Shown here: positions 60,458-64,000 of the stretch, piece by piece
Numbering within the stretch: the first letter of the stretch is position 1
How the letters are laid out: each line of letters starts with the position of its first letter
NCBI GenBank assembly: GCA_036742665.1
Contig: DAINQP010000004.1
Coordinates: forward strand, 382-64,381
Length of the DNA: 64,000 nt
Direction: 5' to 3'
Origin: Vicinamibacterales bacterium
GTDB taxonomy: Bacteria; Acidobacteriota; Vicinamibacteria; Vicinamibacterales; UBA2999
Notes under the pieces: model-generated
Seen by the model: the letters and a program-made list of their open reading frames with translations, nothing else
Told to the model about the DNA's origin: nothing
Database searches by the model: none
Translations under genes and position numbers: made by a program

Positions 60458-61140
60458 TCCCCTCCGCTTCCCGTGAATTGGTCGCTTTCATCGGCGAACA
60501 GCACGTTGAAGCTGGTGAGCGATCCGTAGCAGCCGCTGACGTATGCCTGCAGCTTGACCTTCACGTCCTCCGGCAGATCCGACGCATTCACCTGCTGCTC
60601 GAGCGTGCGCAGACGATTCCGCAGCATCACCACCTTGTGGAAGAAGGTCTCGATCGGCCAGCTCTTCTCCTGAATCCCCGGCGTGCCTGGCTTCAAGACC
60701 ATCGTGCCACCGCGCCACTTTTGCGCGGGTGTGACCGGGGTGACGCCAGCCTCCTCGCGAATGATGCGGCGGAGCAGCAGCTCGAGATCCTCGGAACGGT
60801 CCTGAAGCGACATGAGTGATGCTGTCCTTTCGCGATCGCTGACCAGTGGAAACGCTCCCGACGGTTGAACGTTGGGTCTTGTTAGTGATTGGGAGTCGGG
60901 CGTCGGGAGTGGTTGGGCGTTGGGTATTGGGCGTTGCGAATTTGCAACAGTCCGAGGCCCGCCGCGATAGTTGTGCTGACTCTGGCAGAAGCCGCATTGC
61001 ACCCGCAGCGGCCATCCCGCTTCGTCCACGACGATCACCGTGTGCGAGCGGTCGGTTTTGCACGCGCGGCAGAGGTCTTCGACCTCGTCTCCAGCGCGAA
61101 ACACTCGATCAGTAGGCATTGGGCATTCCGCATTGAGCAT
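60454..61140 (-). CDS. Hypothetical protein: N-terminal CxxC...CxxC zinc ribbon, repeat-derived P/Q/S linker, conserved-looking C-terminal helical domain
   Basis: DLCRACKTDRSH...VQCGFCQSQH; linker ANSQRPIPNAQPLPTPDSQSLTRPNVQ; C-terminal ...ETFFHKVVMLRNRLRTLEQQV.... Confidence 0.5.
   Translation of the reverse strand: MLNAECPMPTDRVFRAGDEVEDLCRACKTDRSHTVIVVDEAGWPLRVQCGFCQSQHNYRGGPRTVANSQRPIPNAQPLPTPDSQSLTRPNVQPSGAFPLVSDRERTASLMSLQDRSEDLELLLRRIIREEAGVTPVTPAQKWRGGTMVLKPGTPGIQEKSWPIETFFHKVVMLRNRLRTLEQQVNASDLPEDVKVKLQAYVSGCYGSLTSFNVLFADESDQFTGSGGD
60889..60940. repeat. Imperfect heptanucleotide tandem repeat (TYGGGNR) embedded in frame in the CDS
   Basis: ttgggag tcgggcg tcgggag | tgg | ttgggcg ttgggta ttgggcg ttgcgaa. 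Blocks of 3x7=21 nt keep the frame. Same heptamer family as the 7392-7405 hairpin arm. Confidence 0.6.
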
Positions 61141-61198
61141 CGTGCATTGCGGCGTATCTTCGCAACCTAAGTCAAAATCATGTCTCTACCATCGCTCC

Positions 61199-62083
61199 AT
61201 GAACGAACGACTCACGACGCGCAGCGACTATGCGATGCGGCTGGAGCGGGTCTTCCGCTGGCTGGCCGATCATCTCGACGAGACGCTCGACCTGGCCAGG
61301 CTGGCCGAGGTGGCCGCCATGTCGCCATATCACTTTCATCGCACCTATCACGCGATGCAGGGTGAAACGGCGGCCGAGACGGTGCGCCGGCTGCGACTGC
61401 ATCGCGCGGCCGTGGAACTCATCACCGGCGAACTGCCGGTGCCGCGTGTGGCTCGGCGGGCAGGGTACGGCAGTCAGGAAGCGTTTACGCGAGCCTTCAA
61501 GGCGGCGTATGGCGTACCGCCGGCTCGCTATCGTGCGTCGTTCGTTCCAGACCTGACACTCACAGGCCGGTCCAAAACGATCGGCCCAACACAAGCGGAG
61601 GACGCGATGGACACGACGACCTATCACGCAACCATTCGAGAGGCGCCAGCACTGACAGTGGCAGGACTGGCACATAGCGGCGACTACATCAACATCGGCA
61701 GCACGTTCGAGCGCCTGATGGCGATGGCTGGCGGCCAGGGGCTTCTCGGACCATGGACGCGATCGTTCGGCATCTACTATGACGATCCCGCGTCCACGCC
61801 GCGCGAGGCGCTGCGCGCCGACGCCTGTGTCACGTTGCCCGATGACAAAATGCCCGGCGGCGATCTGCAGTTGCGAGAGATTCGCGGCGGCCGTTATGCG
61901 GTCACGTTGCACGTTGGGCCGTACGCCGAGCTCCACTTCCCATATACGTGGTTGTACGGCACGTGGCTGCCGAAGAGTGGTGAAGAGGCGGCACATGCAC
62001 CGAGCATCGAGGAGTACCTGAACGACGCGCGCGTTGTACCACCGTCGGAGCTGCGCACGGAGATCTGGTTACCGCTGCGATGA
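61199..62083 (+). CDS. AraC-family regulator fused to a GyrI-like small-molecule-binding domain
   Basis: LARLAEVAAMSPYHFHRTYH...VARRAGYGSQEAFTRAFKAAYGVPPARYR, then a GyrI-like C-terminus (..IYYDDP....LRADACV...GGRYAV..H.GPY). Confidence 0.8.
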   Translation: MNERLTTRSDYAMRLERVFRWLADHLDETLDLARLAEVAAMSPYHFHRTYHAMQGETAAETVRRLRLHRAAVELITGELPVPRVARRAGYGSQEAFTRAFKAAYGVPPARYRASFVPDLTLTGRSKTIGPTQAEDAMDTTTYHATIREAPALTVAGLAHSGDYINIGSTFERLMAMAGGQGLLGPWTRSFGIYYDDPASTPREALRADACVTLPDDKMPGGDLQLREIRGGRYAVTLHVGPYAELHFPYTWLYGTWLPKSGEEAAHAPSIEEYLNDARVVPPSELRTEIWLPLR

Positions 62084-62155
62084 GGTCCAGCTGCCGCGTT
62101 CGCGCTCACGCGCTACGGCGCCCGAGAAAGCCGGACACTCCGTTCAGAAGTATCA

Positions 62156-62722
62156 TTGGCTCCGATGAAACCGAGCGACTGCATTCTGTTCAGCGGAGGC
62201 GCACCAGGCGCCGAGGCGTACTTCGGCGCCTGCGCCGAGCGTCACGGCGTCGAGGAAGTGAACTTCACCTTCGACGGCCACAAGATCGATCGGCACCGCG
62301 GCGTACGTGTGCTCAATCACGAGGAGCTGCTGGCTGGCGACGTGAGTCTGCAGTACGTGTCGCGGTTGATGCATCGCCGTTACACCGAAGGTCCGACGCT
62401 GCGGAAGGTGCTGCAGACGCTCTGGTATCAGGTCAACAGCGGCCAGGAGATCTACGTCATCGGGTCGATTCTCGACGACGGGACGGTGCGCGGCGGCACC
62501 GGGTGGGGCGCCGAGTTCGCGAAGCTGTGCAACAAGCCGGTCTATGTGTTCGATCAGGATCGCGACCACTGGTCGCGATGGACGGGTGACGAGTGGGAGG
62601 CGCTCTCCGTGCAGACCGAGCCGGTGATCACGCATCCGCATTTCACCGGCACCGGCACACGAACGCTACGCGACAACAGCGCAAAGGCCATCGAGGCATT
62701 GTTCACGCGTTCGTTTTCGTAG
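62156..62722 (+). CDS. Hypothetical Rossmann-like protein with SLOG-type (DUF2493/YpsA/DprA-like) features
   Basis: CILFSGGAPGAEAYFGACAERHGV (compare the SGGAxGAD motif) and GGTGWGAEFAKLCNKPVYVFD near the C-terminus. Assignment is by eye only. Confidence 0.35.
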   Translation: MAPMKPSDCILFSGGAPGAEAYFGACAERHGVEEVNFTFDGHKIDRHRGVRVLNHEELLAGDVSLQYVSRLMHRRYTEGPTLRKVLQTLWYQVNSGQEIYVIGSILDDGTVRGGTGWGAEFAKLCNKPVYVFDQDRDHWSRWTGDEWEALSVQTEPVITHPHFTGTGTRTLRDNSAKAIEALFTRSFS

Positions 62723-62787
62723 ATGTAGTGTCCGGCTTCGGCCTTCGTTGAAACTACGGCGGACCACCGTAGCCTTGGCCAAGATGG

Positions 62788-63636
62788 TTAGGCGGACAGA
62801 CGATCGGCAATGAGCCGGTAATAGATATTCAGCAGCCCCATCGCGAAGAGTCCCATGATGAGCGCGGTGCGCGACCAGAGAATCGTCCGCTCCACGATCG
62901 TGCGCGCGCGCAGTCGATACGACACGACATCATCCGGGCTCACGCCGAGCGAAACGGGGAGCACACACAGGCGATCCTGAAACTCCGGATATTTCTCGAG
63001 CGCCACGCGCTCCAGCTTGTCGTCGGGCCAGCTCTCGTAGAAGCCAGGAAACTGATAGCGGATCTGCCTCGCCAGACTGGCCGAACAAAAGCCCGTTTCG
63101 AGATCCGCGCCGCTCAGCGGCTTCAACAGATCCGTCGCGGTCATCGTCGGCTCGAGCACGGCGACAGTGCCGGGCAGCGTCAGGAAGCTGGTGATCGCGT
63201 TGCCGGCGTTGCCGGCAGCTTTCGTGTGACCGTCGAGCGTCGCGACGATCTCCACGTTCGCTCGCGTTGGTGCCAGCGGCTGATGCGTGTACGTGACCAG
63301 TCCGTAACCCACACCGCCGACAAGGATCAACAACAGCAGTGTGAAGACGATGCGCCAGGCGCGCGAGACGTGCGTGTCGCGGTAGCCGACGAGCAGGCCG
63401 GCGAGGCCGGATGCGGAATCAGTCGTCGCGCGCGAGGTTGCGGATACCGAGACCGTCGCCATGGGCGAGAGATCGAAGTTATATCCGAGCGCTTCGAGGC
63501 GGCGTCGCTCGACGCCGCAGCGGCACACCTCGATGGATCGCGGTACTAGACGGCCGCATTCCGGGCACTTCCACCCGCCTGCCCTGAGCGAGCCAGGCGA
63601 GTCGAACGGGCGCGTCGATGGGGATGAAGATTCCAC
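62788..63636 (-). CDS. Hypothetical membrane protein: N-terminal zinc ribbon, TM, ~150-aa extracytoplasmic domain, C-terminal TM
   Basis: WKCPECGRLVPRSIEVCRCG; hydrophobic segments IVFTLLLLILVGGVGYGLV and ALIMGLFAMGLLNIYY. Confidence 0.5.
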   Translation of the reverse strand: MESSSPSTRPFDSPGSLRAGGWKCPECGRLVPRSIEVCRCGVERRRLEALGYNFDLSPMATVSVSATSRATTDSASGLAGLLVGYRDTHVSRAWRIVFTLLLLILVGGVGYGLVTYTHQPLAPTRANVEIVATLDGHTKAAGNAGNAITSFLTLPGTVAVLEPTMTATDLLKPLSGADLETGFCSASLARQIRYQFPGFYESWPDDKLERVALEKYPEFQDRLCVLPVSLGVSPDDVVSYRLRARTIVERTILWSRTALIMGLFAMGLLNIYYRLIADRLSA

Positions 63637-63712
63637 TCGGTCGTTTTATCGGCCGGACAGCGGCGACTCGCCACCGCGTGCAAATCTGCGATCCGAGACA
63701 CAATCGTTCCCG

Positions 63713-64000
63713 ATGATTTCTTCCCAGGACGCCCTGGCCCGGTTGCGCGACGGCAACCGCCGTTTCGTTGCCAACGAATCCACCACGTCGCCGCTGCTCA
63801 CGCCCGCTCAACGTCTGGCGCTGGCCAACGGCCAGGAGCCGTTTGCCATCGTCCTCGGCTGCTCGGATTCGCGCGTGCCCGCCGAACTGGTCTTCGATCA
63901 GGGATTCGGCGATCTCTTCGTCATTCGCGTGGCCGGTAATATCGTCGCGCCTTCGCAGGTGGGGAGCGTCGAGTTCGCCGCAGCTCGATTCGGCACACGG
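63713..64000 (+). CDS. Beta-class carbonic anhydrase (5' part; runs off the window; not in the ORF track)
   Basis: Manual translation MISSQDALARLRDGNRRFV...PFAIVLGCSDSRVPAELVFDQGFGDLFVIRVAGN (CSDSR zinc-ligand motif). Confidence 0.8.
   Translation, partial: MISSQDALARLRDGNRRFVANESTTSPLLTPAQRLALANGQEPFAIVLGCSDSRVPAELVFDQGFGDLFVIRVAGNIVAPSQVGSVEFAAARFGTR

Noticed and set aside
1-64000. Search for mobile elements, prophage, toxin-antitoxin or known anti-phage defence genes
   Set aside because: No transposase, integrase, recombinase, restriction-modification, Cas, or nuclease/ATPase defence-type proteins were recognised in any credible ORF. The only mobility signals are the REP/MITE-like repeats.

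Overview
High-GC (~65%) chromosomal window that is almost fully coding (~55 genes). There are no rRNA or tRNA genes, CRISPR arrays, transposases, integrases or phage genes. The gene content points to an Acidobacteriota-type genome (inference only): a PadR plus ADOP duplicated FtsX permease pair, a CarboxypepD_reg-type TonB receptor, a DUF6152 protein, and palindromic REPs that read as 'SGFSRT/RLKPDTT', 'GSDP' and 'VEAGLQT' in shadow ORFs. Many long ORFs in the supplied track are Arg/Ala-rich antisense or alternate-frame shadows. Two real genes at the window edges are missing from the track (ppx at 1-1258 on the minus strand, beta-carbonic anhydrase at 63713-64000 on the plus strand). The dominant theme is phosphate: ppx-CHAD-sixA, ppa, a DUF47-pit-phoB-phoR operon with Pho-box-like repeats, two PAP2 paralogs, a CX5R phosphatase, a histidine phosphatase and a metallophosphoesterase. 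Other modules are an arsM / arsR-aqpS-arsC divergon with twin 8-6-8 operators, glgC, a two-component system next to a TolC-MFP-RND efflux operon, DegP, YdbS/YdbT and a GH63 hydrolase. The best candidate for an undescribed system is a six-gene, translationally coupled minus-strand operon (27919-36967). It encodes a TLC/MFS-like transporter with a HEAT-repeat tail, a polytopic Ser/Thr kinase, a second TLC-like transporter, a POTRA-less Omp85 barrel, a signal-peptide-bearing protein with a full kinase-fold motif set, and a PAP2 phosphatase, and it sits directly upstream of the Pho-type operon. Secondary signals are three REP families that repeatedly supply the stop codons of flanking genes, a MITE-like unit bounded by inverted REP arrays with a structured core, a decayed GT2/PHP pseudogene patch, and a heptamer-repeat tract embedded in frame in a zinc-ribbon protein. 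All functional calls rest on motif recognition by eye; no database search was run.
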